Shown one piece after another: positions 1-9,954 of a DNA stretch of 64,000 nt. The first letter of the stretch is position 1, and each line of letters starts with the position of its first letter. The notes under the pieces were generated by a model. The model made no database searches. It was not told the origin of the DNA and was given only the letters and a program-made list of their open reading frames with translations. Position numbers and translations under genes: made by a program. This DNA comes from Gammaproteobacteria bacterium (GTDB lineage Bacteria > Pseudomonadota > Gammaproteobacteria > Ga0077536): the NCBI GenBank assembly GCA_963662545.2, contig CAXXLL010000002.1, forward strand, positions 32,001 through 96,000, given 5' to 3'.

Positions 1-261
1 TGCTCAATCGCATCATCAGAGCCGGAATTATAGACATATACCCGGCTGATCAAGGCCGGCGACCGCAAGCTTGTGTAAATTGTAGGTAGCGACAGATAGC
101 GGCAGGAGCGCGGTGGACTGATGTGCCGGAGGTCGGAATGCATGCCCGCCGCGCCCATGCGCCCGGTGGACGGCGGTACGGGCGCGGGGTGTGAGCGCCA
201 TTCAGGTTCCCCGCGTTGTGCACGGCTAAAGTCTCCGCTCGGCGACACCGCCGCTTGAACG

Positions 262-385
262 TGTAAAAATTCTTGACAAGTTCGCGAGCACTAAGTGTTT
301 GTTTTATAATGGATTTGCGATCGGCTCACGCAAGTGTAAAATCTACTGACACCGGAATTCGGCGAATTTGTCAGAAAATTTTACA
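262..385 (+). promoter_or_regulatory. Three TGT-N11-ACA sites, putative upstream activator sites for a sigma-54 enhancer-binding protein (PrsR-like)
   Basis: TGTAAAAATTCTTGACA 262-278, TGTAAAATCTACTGACA 335-351, TGTCAGAAAATTTTACA 369-385, upstream of a -24/-12 box and a PEP-CTERM gene. Confidence 0.65.
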
Positions 386-424
386 AATGTCGCCGATCCA
401 TGACATCTGCGAAGGTCGCAAAAA

Positions 425-437
425 TATCAATCTATTG
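425..437 (+). promoter_or_regulatory. Putative IHF binding site
   Basis: TATCAATCTATTG matches WATCAANNNNTTR and lies between the activator sites and the sigma-54 box. Confidence 0.55.
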
Positions 438-460
438 ATTTAAAAGCGTTTTATATGATA

Positions 461-476
461 CGGCACGATACTTGCT
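461..476 (+). promoter_or_regulatory. Sigma-54 (-24/-12) promoter
   Basis: CGGCACGATACTTGCT: GG at 462-463 and GC at 474-475 with canonical spacing. Confidence 0.75.
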
Positions 477-520
477 TATTGAGTACCGCAACAGATTTCA
501 GTTTCGAGAGTCAGAAAATA

Positions 521-1408
521 ATGAACTTAAGAACATTGATCATCGCCGTCGCTGCATCGCTGCTTCTGGCATCGTCCGGCGCCCACGCCGTCGTCGTGTT
601 CATGCAGGATTTCGAAAGCGGAAGTCTGGGAGCGAACGAACGGACGTTTTCTGAATACGACACGGGCAGCTTAAATTTTTTGCCAACCAATAACTGGGGT
701 CTGCATGACAAAGACACCAACACTCCGATTAGAGCTGGCTTGACTGGCAACGTAATGGGTCATATCGGCAATGATAACGGCGGAACGGGAACTAATAATT
801 ACCGCCCCCTGGAGACATCTTACTACGAGATTACGGTCGATCTGTCGCTGTTTAACCTGGCGAATCGCCAGTTGATGTTCGACTACGATTCGTGGATCAG
901 CACGGTCTTTTTGGACGACGGCTTCAATGTCGTGGCCTACACGGGCGATTTTCTTACGGGAACGAGCACCGACCTCTGGCTCGAAGGGACGGTAGGCAAC
1001 AACCTGACCCTTCTGGCCCCGACGGGGGCTTCGGACATGCAGTATGACGCCGATTTGACCAGCGGCGGCGCTTTCACGCGACTGGATGACATCTCGGGTT
1101 TCGCCGACGATCCGGGTCAGGACGCGTTCACCGGTACCGGCTCTTCGCTTATGACGGGCGTCGCGATGTTTGATCTCTCGGGCTTCGACCACGACCAGTT
1201 CAACCTGCGGTTCTCATTCGGGTCGGGCACGGCCAGCACCGCCGAAGGCATCAACATCGACAACGTTAAGATCACGGGCGACTGCATCAACGGCGGCACC
1301 GATCCGACCTGCCAGCCCCCGGGCACTGGTGTACCGGAACCGGCTTCACTGGCCTTGGCCGCGCTCGGCTTGACCGTAATGTATCGCCGCCGCAGCAAAG
1401 CGAACTGA
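521..1408 (+). CDS. PEP-CTERM sorting-domain secreted protein
   Basis: Signal peptide MNLRTLIIAVAASLLLASSGAHA; C-terminal VPEP + hydrophobic helix + RRR. ATG 521 preferred over 455, which lies upstream of the promoter. Confidence 0.92.
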   Translation: MNLRTLIIAVAASLLLASSGAHAVVVFMQDFESGSLGANERTFSEYDTGSLNFLPTNNWGLHDKDTNTPIRAGLTGNVMGHIGNDNGGTGTNNYRPLETSYYEITVDLSLFNLANRQLMFDYDSWISTVFLDDGFNVVAYTGDFLTGTSTDLWLEGTVGNNLTLLAPTGASDMQYDADLTSGGAFTRLDDISGFADDPGQDAFTGTGSSLMTGVAMFDLSGFDHDQFNLRFSFGSGTASTAEGINIDNVKITGDCINGGTDPTCQPPGTGVPEPASLALAALGLTVMYRRRSKAN

Positions 1409-1430
1409 ACCAAACCTACAGTCCATCGAT

Positions 1431-1458
1431 AAAGCCCCGCTAGATGCGGGGCTTTTTT
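1431..1458 (+). terminator. Rho-independent terminator
   Basis: AAAGCCCCGC-TAGAT-GCGGGGCTTTTTT just after the stop codon. Confidence 0.85.
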
Positions 1459-1668
1459 ATGGCGGTGAGGGGGAAGCAGCTGCTGCCAGGAGGGATGCGT
1501 CGGGATCGTGTTCGAAGGCGTCTCCGCGCGTTTTAGAAACCAGCGCATTCACGCATCGGATCGCGGCCGAAGACCGGCAGGATAGTATACTTTTCGCCCG
1601 GACTCAGCCGAGCGATCGACCGATTATCATGGCGACACACGCCTCATCATGCACCTTCGACACGTCCT

Positions 1669-2820
1669 ATGGATAATTCCGTAGCCGTTGTTGCGGTATT
1701 CGGCACGCGACCCGAGATCATCAAGCTGGTACCGGTGTTTGAGGCGCTAGCCGACACGCCCGGCGTCCGGTTGATCACGTGTTCGACCGGGCAGCAGGCC
1801 GATCTGCTGCCCGCCTTCGTCGAGGCGTTTCACGTTAAAGTCGACCACGATCTGGACATCATGTTCGACGGGCAGTCCTTGAATCAGCTCCTCGCTCGGC
1901 TAATCGCGGACATCGAGCCCGTTCTTGCGCGTCATGTGCCCGCTGCCGTGCTGGTGCAGGGAGATACGACCTCGGCGCTCGCGGGTGCACTGGCTGCCCG
2001 ATACAGGGCGATACCAGTCATCCACGTCGAAGCCGGCTTGCGCACGGGTGAGCCGGACAACCCGTTTCCCGAGGAGACCAACCGCCGTTTGATATCGCAT
2101 ATCGCCTCGCTGCATTGCGCTGCAACCGTCGGGAACCGGCAGTCGCTCATGGACGAAGGGATTGCCGACGGGGCTATCCTCGTCACCGGTAATCCGATCG
2201 TCGATGCCCTGCAGAAGCTCGGTCAAGGAAACGGCGTGACGGCCGAGATCGATCGCATCCTCAATACCTTGGACGGCAGAAAGCCGGTGCTCCTGACCAT
2301 GCATCGACGTGAGAACTTCGGCGCGCGACTGACGGGCTACTTCGAAACCATACGCGGGTTTGTCGAGCGCAACGACGATGTCGAATTGGTCTTCCCGGTA
2401 CACCCGAACCCTGAGGTGCGGAATACGGCCAGGGAAATCTTCGAAGACGTCCCGCGCGTTAATCTGATCCAGCCACTCGCTTACCCCGAATTCATATGCC
2501 TGCTCAGGCAGGCATGGCTGGTACTGTCAGATTCGGGCAGTATCCAGGAAGAAGTGGCGGGCTTGGGCAAGCCCATGCTGATACTGCGCAGCGTCACCGA
2601 GCGCCCGGAGTTACTGGAAACCGGTCTCGCCCGCCTGGTTCGTTCGCCGGGGCAACTGGCCACCGAACTCGACGAAGTTTGCAAGCCTGACAGCTGGTGT
2701 ACCCGAATTACACCCGGGCCGAATCCGTTCGGCGACGGTCGCAGTGGACCCCGAATCGCAGCGGCCATCGCCACCTTCCTGCTCGAACATGCACATGTGG
2801 GCGACGGCTCGCTGCCATGA
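1669..2820 (+). CDS. wecB: UDP-N-acetylglucosamine 2-epimerase (non-hydrolysing)
   Basis: GTRPEIIK, VQGDTTS, HVEAGLRT, FPEE-NR, SDSG-IQEE and NPFGDG motifs. Confidence 0.93.
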   Translation: MDNSVAVVAVFGTRPEIIKLVPVFEALADTPGVRLITCSTGQQADLLPAFVEAFHVKVDHDLDIMFDGQSLNQLLARLIADIEPVLARHVPAAVLVQGDTTSALAGALAARYRAIPVIHVEAGLRTGEPDNPFPEETNRRLISHIASLHCAATVGNRQSLMDEGIADGAILVTGNPIVDALQKLGQGNGVTAEIDRILNTLDGRKPVLLTMHRRENFGARLTGYFETIRGFVERNDDVELVFPVHPNPEVRNTAREIFEDVPRVNLIQPLAYPEFICLLRQAWLVLSDSGSIQEEVAGLGKPMLILRSVTERPELLETGLARLVRSPGQLATELDEVCKPDSWCTRITPGPNPFGDGRSGPRIAAAIATFLLEHAHVGDGSLP

Positions 2821-4493
2821 ACGCGCGTGTTGCGGGCACTGCCCGAAAACATATTTTCACCATCAACGTCGAAGACTATTTTCAGGTCGGCGCCTTCAGT
2901 CAATTGATCCCGTATGCGCACTGGGAGCGGTTCGACGCGCGGATACAGCGCAATACAGAAACCACACTCGCGCTATTAGATGATACGGGCAACCGCGCAA
3001 CTTTTTTCGCGAGCGGCTGGATAGGAGAGAATTTCCCAAACATCCTAAGGTCGATCGTGGACCAAGGGCACGAAGTCGGCTGCCACGGGTATTACCAGCA
3101 ATCGATTCGAGAGATCGCGCCGGCCGCCTTCCGCGAGGATCTCGCGCGGTCCAAGCGGACCATCGAAGACGCAACCGGTCGGGCGGTACAGGGCTTTCGC
3201 GTGGGCCGGGGCTGGATCGGACCCGACGATTTGTGGGCCCTCGATGCATTGGTCGATCAGGGGTTTCGATTCGACTCCAGCGTCTGTCCGATCGGACGCC
3301 AGTTCGCAGATGATCACGATCGCTTTCTGCTGCACCCGCATCGGACCGCATCGAACATGCTGTGGGAGGTCCCGGTTTCTGCGACCCGTAAATTCGGTTG
3401 GGCGATTCCCTTCTCCGGCGGCAATTACGTCAGGCAACTACCACAATGGCCCGTGCGGGAAGCGGTGGCGCGCTGGGTCGAACGCCGACAGGCACCGCTA
3501 GTGATGTATTTCCACATTTGGGAACTCGATAGCGAACAGCCGAGCATTAGCGCGGCGAGTTGGCTGCAGCGCCTGCGCCACTACCGAAACCTGTCCGCAA
3601 TGCCGGCGCGCGTGCGCTATTTTCTCGAGCGGTACCCGTTTACGAGCATCAGTGATTATCTGAGTTTGGCCGACGAAGCGGCCACGAAACCCAGAGCTAC
3701 CGCCGCTAGCGTTGACGAGCGTGTTGCAAGCCCGAGCGAACCCGTCGAACGGGTCGATCTCACGGTCATCGTACCCTGTTACAACGAGGAAGCGTCCTTG
3801 GCCTACCTGCAGAAAACACTGTGGGCCTTCGGCGCGGCGAGCCGCGACTCGCTGGCTCTTCAATTCGTCTTCGTTGACGACGGCAGCGTGGATGCCACAT
3901 GGAATCGACTCGATGCGCTGTTCGGCCCCGAAAGCAACTGTAAATTGCTGCGGCATTCCGAAAATCGGGGGATCGCGGCCGCGATCCTGACAGGCGTCAA
4001 ACACAGCGAGACGAATCTCGTGGCGGTCCTCGACGCCGATTGCACTTTCGATCCGATGCAGCTCAGGGACATGGTGCCCATGATGAACGACGGGATCGCC
4101 GCCGTGAGCGCGTCACCGTTCCACGCGCGGGGCCGTGTCGCCAACGTGCCGGGATGGCGGCTTGGGCTCTCCAGGGGCGCCGCGTTTCTCTACCGTTGCG
4201 TTCTACATCACCAGTTTTCGAGTTACACGAGCTGTTTTCGAATCTATCGCCGCGCGGCCATCGCGGAGCTCAGCGTCTACAATCTCGGCTTCTGTGGTGT
4301 GGCTGAAATACTGGCGCGCCTTGATCTCGCCGGGTACCGGCTGGTGGAATGCCCGGCCGAGCTGCAGCTCCGGCTGCTCGGAGAATCGAAGATCAACCTC
4401 GCAAAAACCATCGTCGATCACGTGCAATTGATCGTCCGGCTGGCCGCTGCGCGCTGGCTGAAGATACCGCTGCCGACCGGATTCCGCCCGTAG
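2817..4493 (+). CDS. XrtA/PEP-CTERM-type polysaccharide deacetylase (DUF3473-like) fused to a GT2 glycosyltransferase
   Basis: N-half: VEDYFQV, GHEVGCHGY, GGNY, YFHIWE. C-half: IVPCYNEE, VDDGSVD, LDADC. ATGA overlap with wecB stop. Confidence 0.82.
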   Translation: MNARVAGTARKHIFTINVEDYFQVGAFSQLIPYAHWERFDARIQRNTETTLALLDDTGNRATFFASGWIGENFPNILRSIVDQGHEVGCHGYYQQSIREIAPAAFREDLARSKRTIEDATGRAVQGFRVGRGWIGPDDLWALDALVDQGFRFDSSVCPIGRQFADDHDRFLLHPHRTASNMLWEVPVSATRKFGWAIPFSGGNYVRQLPQWPVREAVARWVERRQAPLVMYFHIWELDSEQPSISAASWLQRLRHYRNLSAMPARVRYFLERYPFTSISDYLSLADEAATKPRATAASVDERVASPSEPVERVDLTVIVPCYNEEASLAYLQKTLWAFGAASRDSLALQFVFVDDGSVDATWNRLDALFGPESNCKLLRHSENRGIAAAILTGVKHSETNLVAVLDADCTFDPMQLRDMVPMMNDGIAAVSASPFHARGRVANVPGWRLGLSRGAAFLYRCVLHHQFSSYTSCFRIYRRAAIAELSVYNLGFCGVAEILARLDLAGYRLVECPAELQLRLLGESKINLAKTIVDHVQLIVRLAAARWLKIPLPTGFRP

Positions 4494-4496
4494 TCG

Positions 4497-5813
4497 ATGT
4501 CGCGTTCCGAGGAACGCCAAGAACGCTGGGCCGTCCTGGGCGGTGGCATGCTGGGTCTGAGCCTGGCGCTCAGGCTCGCCCAGCGCGGCAAACAAGTCAC
4601 CCTGATCGAAGCGGCGCCGACCATCGGCGGTTTGACGTCCTCGTGGCGGTACGGCGATATTTCTTGGGACCGGTTCTACCATGTCATCGAGGCATCGGAC
4701 CTGTCTTTGATCGAGCTGCTACGGGAGCTCGGCCTTGAAGACGAGATCGTCTGGGGCGTCACGAAGACCAATTTTTACGATGGCCAGGCACTCTACCCGC
4801 TGAACGACGTCTTCGATTACCTCAAACTGCCGGCCCTCGGCCTGATCGACAAGGCGCGTCTCGCGGCCAATATCCTATATGCCGCCTGGCTCAAGAATGG
4901 CGTCGTACTGGAAGCACAAAAAGCCGAAGACTGGCTGGTACGCTGGTCGGGGCGGCGCACCTTCGAAAAATTATGGCGGCCCTTGATGCGATCGAAATTG
5001 GGAGACAATTTCGAGAAGGCGTCGGCCGCCTACATCTGGTCGGTCATGCAGCGTTTCTACGGGGCGCGACAGGGCCGGCGCAAGACCGAATTATTCGGCT
5101 ACGTTAATGGCGGCTACGCGCACGTGGTTGCAACGATCCTGCAGCGGTTGGACGCACTTGGCGTCTGCATTGAAACGGGCGCGCCGGTCGAGCGCGTGAC
5201 GCAAGCCGGGGCGGGCGTTGAGGTTGCGACCGATGTGAATCTGCGTCGTTTCGACAAGGTGATCGCGACTTTTGCGTCGCCCATTGCGGCGCAGCTTTGC
5301 GAGGGTCTCGATACCGAGGAGCGCGCCCAGCACCAGCAAATCTTGTACCAAGGCGTAGTGTGCGCGTCGATGTTGTTGAAAAAACCGTTGGGGGGTGCTT
5401 ACCTGACCTACATCACAGACGATACGATCCCGTTTACTACCGTCATAGAAATGTCGTCCTTGACCGATCGCGATAAACTCGGCGGTTATCATCTGGTCTA
5501 CCTGCCGAAATATCTGCCGTCAGATGCACCGATGATGGAAGCCGATGACGCCGCGATCAAGGCGAATTTCATGGACGGACTCGCGGGAATGTTTCCCAAC
5601 ATCAGTGCATCGGACGTATTGGTCAGCTATGTCGCCCGGGCGCGATACGTTCTGGCGATCCCGACGTTGAACTACTCCGAAAAACTGCCGTCGATGGTGA
5701 CCGCGATCTCGAATCTGTATATTTGTAATTCGGCGCATATCGTCAATGCATCGCTGAGTGTGAACGAGTCGGTCGAACTGGCGAACCAGACGATCCGCCA
5801 ACTCCTGGATTGA
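4497..5813 (+). CDS. NAD(P)/FAD-dependent oxidoreductase (protoporphyrinogen oxidase/amine oxidase-like, glycan-cluster type)
   Basis: GGGMLG dinucleotide-binding motif, EA...IGG, DRFYHVI. Confidence 0.8.
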   Translation: MSRSEERQERWAVLGGGMLGLSLALRLAQRGKQVTLIEAAPTIGGLTSSWRYGDISWDRFYHVIEASDLSLIELLRELGLEDEIVWGVTKTNFYDGQALYPLNDVFDYLKLPALGLIDKARLAANILYAAWLKNGVVLEAQKAEDWLVRWSGRRTFEKLWRPLMRSKLGDNFEKASAAYIWSVMQRFYGARQGRRKTELFGYVNGGYAHVVATILQRLDALGVCIETGAPVERVTQAGAGVEVATDVNLRRFDKVIATFASPIAAQLCEGLDTEERAQHQQILYQGVVCASMLLKKPLGGAYLTYITDDTIPFTTVIEMSSLTDRDKLGGYHLVYLPKYLPSDAPMMEADDAAIKANFMDGLAGMFPNISASDVLVSYVARARYVLAIPTLNYSEKLPSMVTAISNLYICNSAHIVNASLSVNESVELANQTIRQLLD

Positions 5814-5816
5814 GCG

Positions 5817-6818
5817 GTGTCGGACATGGACAAACCGCCGGCGACGCTTTCCATCGACCTCGACGATCTGTGGTCCTACCTGCGGGCCCACGGTGACAGC
5901 GCCTGGGTCCAGTATCCGTCGTTTCTCGAACGGGCCGTGCCGCGTGTCTTCGAAGCTATCGACGACGATCTAGGTTTGACGTTCTTCATCGTGGGGCGCG
6001 ATGCCGAAAAAACTGAACTTCGCGGTCTATTCGCGGATGTTGGGGCGAGTCATCATGAAATTGGAAATCACTCCTACGATCATGCGTCGGATTTTCATCT
6101 CGCGTCCGCCGCGGCGGTGACCGAAGACATCGAACGTGCGGAAAGGTCGATTGAAGCAGCGACCGGCGTGCGCCCTCGAGGGTTCCGCGGACCTTCATTC
6201 CGATTGTCGAAAGCGATTCTCGAAGTGCTGATCAAACGCGGTTACGCTTACGACGCATCGATCTTTCCAACTTTCGTGGGACCGCTAGCGCGGACTTATC
6301 ACTTTGCGACCTCCAAGCTCGATCGTGCGGGGAAGGCTCGGCAGAAAGACCTTTTCGGATCGCTACGTGATGGTTTGCGGCCGCTGCGGCCGTTTCACTG
6401 GGACCTGGGTGCGGCGCGGTTGATCGAAATTCCCGTTACGACGATGCCGCTCTTGCGCATGCCCATACACATGACCTACGTCAACTTCATTGCGGATCTC
6501 TCGCCGCGACTTGCCGAAATCTGGTTTCGAGCCGGCCTCGCACTCTGCCACGCGCGCGGCATCGCGCCGTCGCTCTTATTGCACGCGACGGATTTCATCG
6601 GTGCCGGCGATGCGGGGCATCCGGCTTTCATGCCCGGAATGCGCCGTGCCAGTCGCGACAAGATCGCGTTGTTGAAGCGATTACTCGATGTGTTTCGCGA
6701 ACGGTTCAATGTCCTTTCGCTCGGCGAATTCGCCAAATTAGCGGAAAGCGGCAAACCCTTACCCATTATTCGACCGCGATTCGACGCTCGCGTGCATGCG
6801 CCAAGCCGTTACGACTAA
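5817..6818 (+). CDS. Polysaccharide deacetylase family protein
   Basis: SIDLDD, TFFIVG, HEIGNHSYDH, GFRGP, YDAS motifs. Confidence 0.85.
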   Translation: MSDMDKPPATLSIDLDDLWSYLRAHGDSAWVQYPSFLERAVPRVFEAIDDDLGLTFFIVGRDAEKTELRGLFADVGASHHEIGNHSYDHASDFHLASAAAVTEDIERAERSIEAATGVRPRGFRGPSFRLSKAILEVLIKRGYAYDASIFPTFVGPLARTYHFATSKLDRAGKARQKDLFGSLRDGLRPLRPFHWDLGAARLIEIPVTTMPLLRMPIHMTYVNFIADLSPRLAEIWFRAGLALCHARGIAPSLLLHATDFIGAGDAGHPAFMPGMRRASRDKIALLKRLLDVFRERFNVLSLGEFAKLAESGKPLPIIRPRFDARVHAPSRYD

Positions 6819-6836
6819 ATTTTCGCGGTGACGTGC

Positions 6837-8407
6837 TCAGTCGCTCCACGATTTCGGTTTGGCGCCCCACCAGGTGCCTTGATGATCGTTAAACAGCCCT
6901 GTGTAATGGGTCTCGATGAATTCGAGTACCCCACCGCCCCGCAGCTTCATCATGTCGAGGTTTCGTTTGTCAACGTAAATGTAAGGCGCACGTGCCGCTT
7001 CGAGTTGCTCAGGCAATTTGAACCATTGCGACTGTAGAAAATAGCCCCAGGGCCAGCCGATGATCGATAAGGCCGATTCGCGGCCGGACAAATAGTAATA
7101 GAGTGGGTCGCCGAAGACGTAGATCTTGCCGGGACGCGCTCCTTCATCGACCAGGAACCGGGTGCTCCGGAATATACGCGGTAAAACGTGCTGATCCCCT
7201 GGTGAAAATCCTGCACCGTGCCTGGCTTTTTGACGAAGACTTCTATATACGCATTGGCTTTCTGTCCGGCGGGAACGGCCAGTGCGGCGATGCCGGGAAA
7301 AACGATCATCGCCGAGACGAGGTACGCACTCCAGGCTCGTTCGCGCTTCACGTTCATGATGAAATCGCACGCGACGTCCGCACCACGGATGCCGAGTATG
7401 CCGGCCGGCGTGAACAGGATCAGGAAGTGATAAGGCCACCAAGAAAACCGTTGAATATAGATGATCACGATGCCGACGAGGAACCAGGCGACGAGCACGC
7501 TGGTCAAGGGATCGCGCTCGTGCCGCCACCAGTGTGCCACGGCGAACGCAATGAACAGGGCCCAAGGTGCGAAATAGGTGCCGATGAAGATGAGTGATTC
7601 GCCGAGTCTGTAGTAAGGCGCGGGCGTAGACATGGCCAGCGCCTGCGGCGGGTATACGAAGGCGGTCCAGTAGAGCTCAAAGAGCGCGCCGTCGAGCCAG
7701 AATTTGAGCACCACTGCACCGAGCACGGCGCCGACCCCGACGCTCACCGGCAGCCAGACCCGCGCGGCAATGCTAAACCACTCGAGGCGCTTCGAAGCGC
7801 GGAGATGCACGGTTACAACCAGCCAGAAAGCGACGAAAAGCAGGGCGAACACGAGCTTGAATACGACCGCGATGCCTGCGCACAATCCCGATGCCGTAAA
7901 GGCCAGAATGAATCTGCCTGCCGATTTCGGAAACCGCGTCGCGAACCACGCGGACAGGAACATCGGTAATGCGACCAGAATTTCGAGCTGCGTGAGCTGC
8001 TGGGTTTCGACGCTGACGTAATAAAGGCCCACGACCGTCAGCGGCGGCAGCGCCGACAGCCAGGGATAAGTGAAATAGGTGCGCAGGCTTAAGGCCAGGA
8101 TCACGGAGAACACCGTCATCCAAATCATGTCGAGAAGGTGGATTCCGAATTCCGTATAGCCGAACGATTCGCCCGCGAGGAGGTAAAACCAGTAGAGCCC
8201 CGGCATTTTGTTGTCCCAGAAGTCGACGTAGAGCGTGCCGCCCTGGGCAAGGGTTTTCGCGCCCATCATGGTTGCGATCTGATCGCTGACGAAGGGGAGT
8301 TGCAGGTTGAGCGCGCCGAATGCAAGCACCAGCACGAGCGCAATGGCGTACCAGGCCCATTCGCAGAGCCTGTTTCGTCCTCCGGCGAGCTGTTGGCTGG
8401 CTTTCAT
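6837..8407 (-). pseudogene. GT-C fold (ArnT/GT39-like) membrane glycosyltransferase, frameshifted near 7180
   Basis: Multi-TM protein with LYVDFWDNKMPG; the C-terminus (IYVFGDPLYYYLSGR...) continues in another frame to 6837. May be a sequencing indel. Confidence 0.7.
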
Positions 8408-8515
8408 CGAGTCTCCAAATTAGATGAAATGGCAGAGCGACGATCGGGTTTTATTAAGCCTCGGTTGCGTGAAGTTTGCAGTCCGAAAGCTTGGACGGAG
8501 TTTAAACCATGATGT

Positions 8516-8582
8516 GAAAAAGGGGACATTCTTCTTTTCCAACGTGCGAAACTTTTTCGCACGTTGGAAAAGAAGAATGTCC
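8516..8582. repeat. Long perfect palindrome (36-bp arms, 3-nt loop), right arm split by the IS4 element and completed at 9932-9939
   Basis: GAAAAAGGGGACATTCTTCTTTTCCAACGTGCGAAA-CTT-TTTCGCACGTTGGAAAAGAAGAATGTCC|CCTTTTTC. Confidence 0.85.
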
Positions 8583-9922
8583 CTGAGGGATCCCCACAAA
8601 TTCGACTAGCAAAATTCAAGTTGCACAATGGCGCGTGCCTGTAGATCCCGGAGCGCCTGTAATAAAGTTGAGCGCCGGATTTGAAGTTGCTTGGCAATGA
8701 GGCGAGCACCAACGAATACCACGGATAGGACGGGCTTACGTCTTTCGGTATTGGCCTGTAAACCTTTCACTAAACCTGTTTGGTAACCGACCAAGCCGAC
8801 CAACCATTGGGCCAGTGTGGCCAATGCGCACAGCAAGAGTAAGTTCGCCACTCTCTCGGGATCACGTCCCATGTTTTCTCTAAGTGCAAAGCCGTAACGG
8901 GGCGACTTCATGTCGCGGAAGCTCTCTTCAATCTGCATGCGGCGACGATACACGGCAACTACCCGATGCGCACTACGAAGGTTGTCCGGCAGATTGCTGG
9001 CCAATAACCACGGCTCACGCGCCGCTGCCGACGGTTTCTCGGTATTGCGAGCCCGCGCCGGTTTGCCGTAAGCCGTATAGCAGACACGCCCGCGTTTCTT
9101 ACCTTTGTAAACGAATAAATGGGTGTCCAGCGGATTACTTTTCGTGATCAAAAAACGACCCAGTGACTTCGGACGAGCATTGGCTTGGCCGTAGAGCACT
9201 TTGTTCGAATGCCATGCCGCCTCATCCATACCTCGCACGAGGTGACGATGACGGATGCGACCCACGTAATACCATCCCATTGAGGCCACAAGACTCAACC
9301 AGGGCGTCCGAAATCCTGCATCACTGACCAAGATCGGACAACAGCCCGCAGGCAGAATGGCCTTCAGTCGCTTCAGAAAGCGTTTCTCCGCTTTGACACT
9401 CGCGTAATGGTGTTCGACTTCTTCATACACGGGGATGGCTCGACCACCGACCGCTAAGGCCGCCCGCAATACATAGAGCTCTTGACGTTGATCCAGATTA
9501 GACCAATCCACCAACACCACCGGATGCGCACAGTCCGATACCAATAACCGAGCTATCCATTGATACCACTGCAAACGCTCACCACCGAGCTGACGATTAC
9601 CCAGCAAGCGATCGACGCGCTTAATCGCGTGTTTCTCGCTCGTGCCACTGTCTATGCTCCGACCGATATGCGTCAGCCACAAACGTCGGCCCCGAAGTAA
9701 ACCGCCGACCGCCGCCCAAACCGAGAGTCGACGACCCAAATGCACACCGTATAGCGCTTCGCTGCTCATTTCATGTAACAATTTCAATACCTGCATGGCT
9801 CACCTCGTCGTTCACAGATTGTCTTGCAACAACTGAGATCAACTCGAGCCATGCAGGTTCCACGAACCCACAAATCAATCTATCGCTTTGTATTTCGTTG
9901 GGGTTTTATGGGGATTCCTCAG
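8583..9922 (-). mobile_element. IS4 family (IS10-like) insertion sequence
   Basis: Terminal inverted repeats CTGAGGGATCCCCACAAA / CTGAGGAATCCCCATAAA; 9-bp target duplication AGAATGTCC at 8574-8582 and 9923-9931. Confidence 0.92.
8606..9796 (-). CDS. IS4 family transposase
   Basis: VDWS, SDAGF and YRRRMQIEESFRDMKS (YREK-type) motifs. Confidence 0.92.
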   Translation of the reverse strand: MQVLKLLHEMSSEALYGVHLGRRLSVWAAVGGLLRGRRLWLTHIGRSIDSGTSEKHAIKRVDRLLGNRQLGGERLQWYQWIARLLVSDCAHPVVLVDWSNLDQRQELYVLRAALAVGGRAIPVYEEVEHHYASVKAEKRFLKRLKAILPAGCCPILVSDAGFRTPWLSLVASMGWYYVGRIRHRHLVRGMDEAAWHSNKVLYGQANARPKSLGRFLITKSNPLDTHLFVYKGKKRGRVCYTAYGKPARARNTEKPSAAAREPWLLASNLPDNLRSAHRVVAVYRRRMQIEESFRDMKSPRYGFALRENMGRDPERVANLLLLCALATLAQWLVGLVGYQTGLVKGLQANTERRKPVLSVVFVGARLIAKQLQIRRSTLLQALRDLQARAIVQLEFC

Positions 9923-9954
9923 AGAATGTCCCCTTTTTCGCGCTTAGCAGGTTG

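Noticed and set aside
8404-8712. Short ORFs with GTFFFSNVR on both strands
   Set aside because: Translations of the palindrome and the IS end, not genes.
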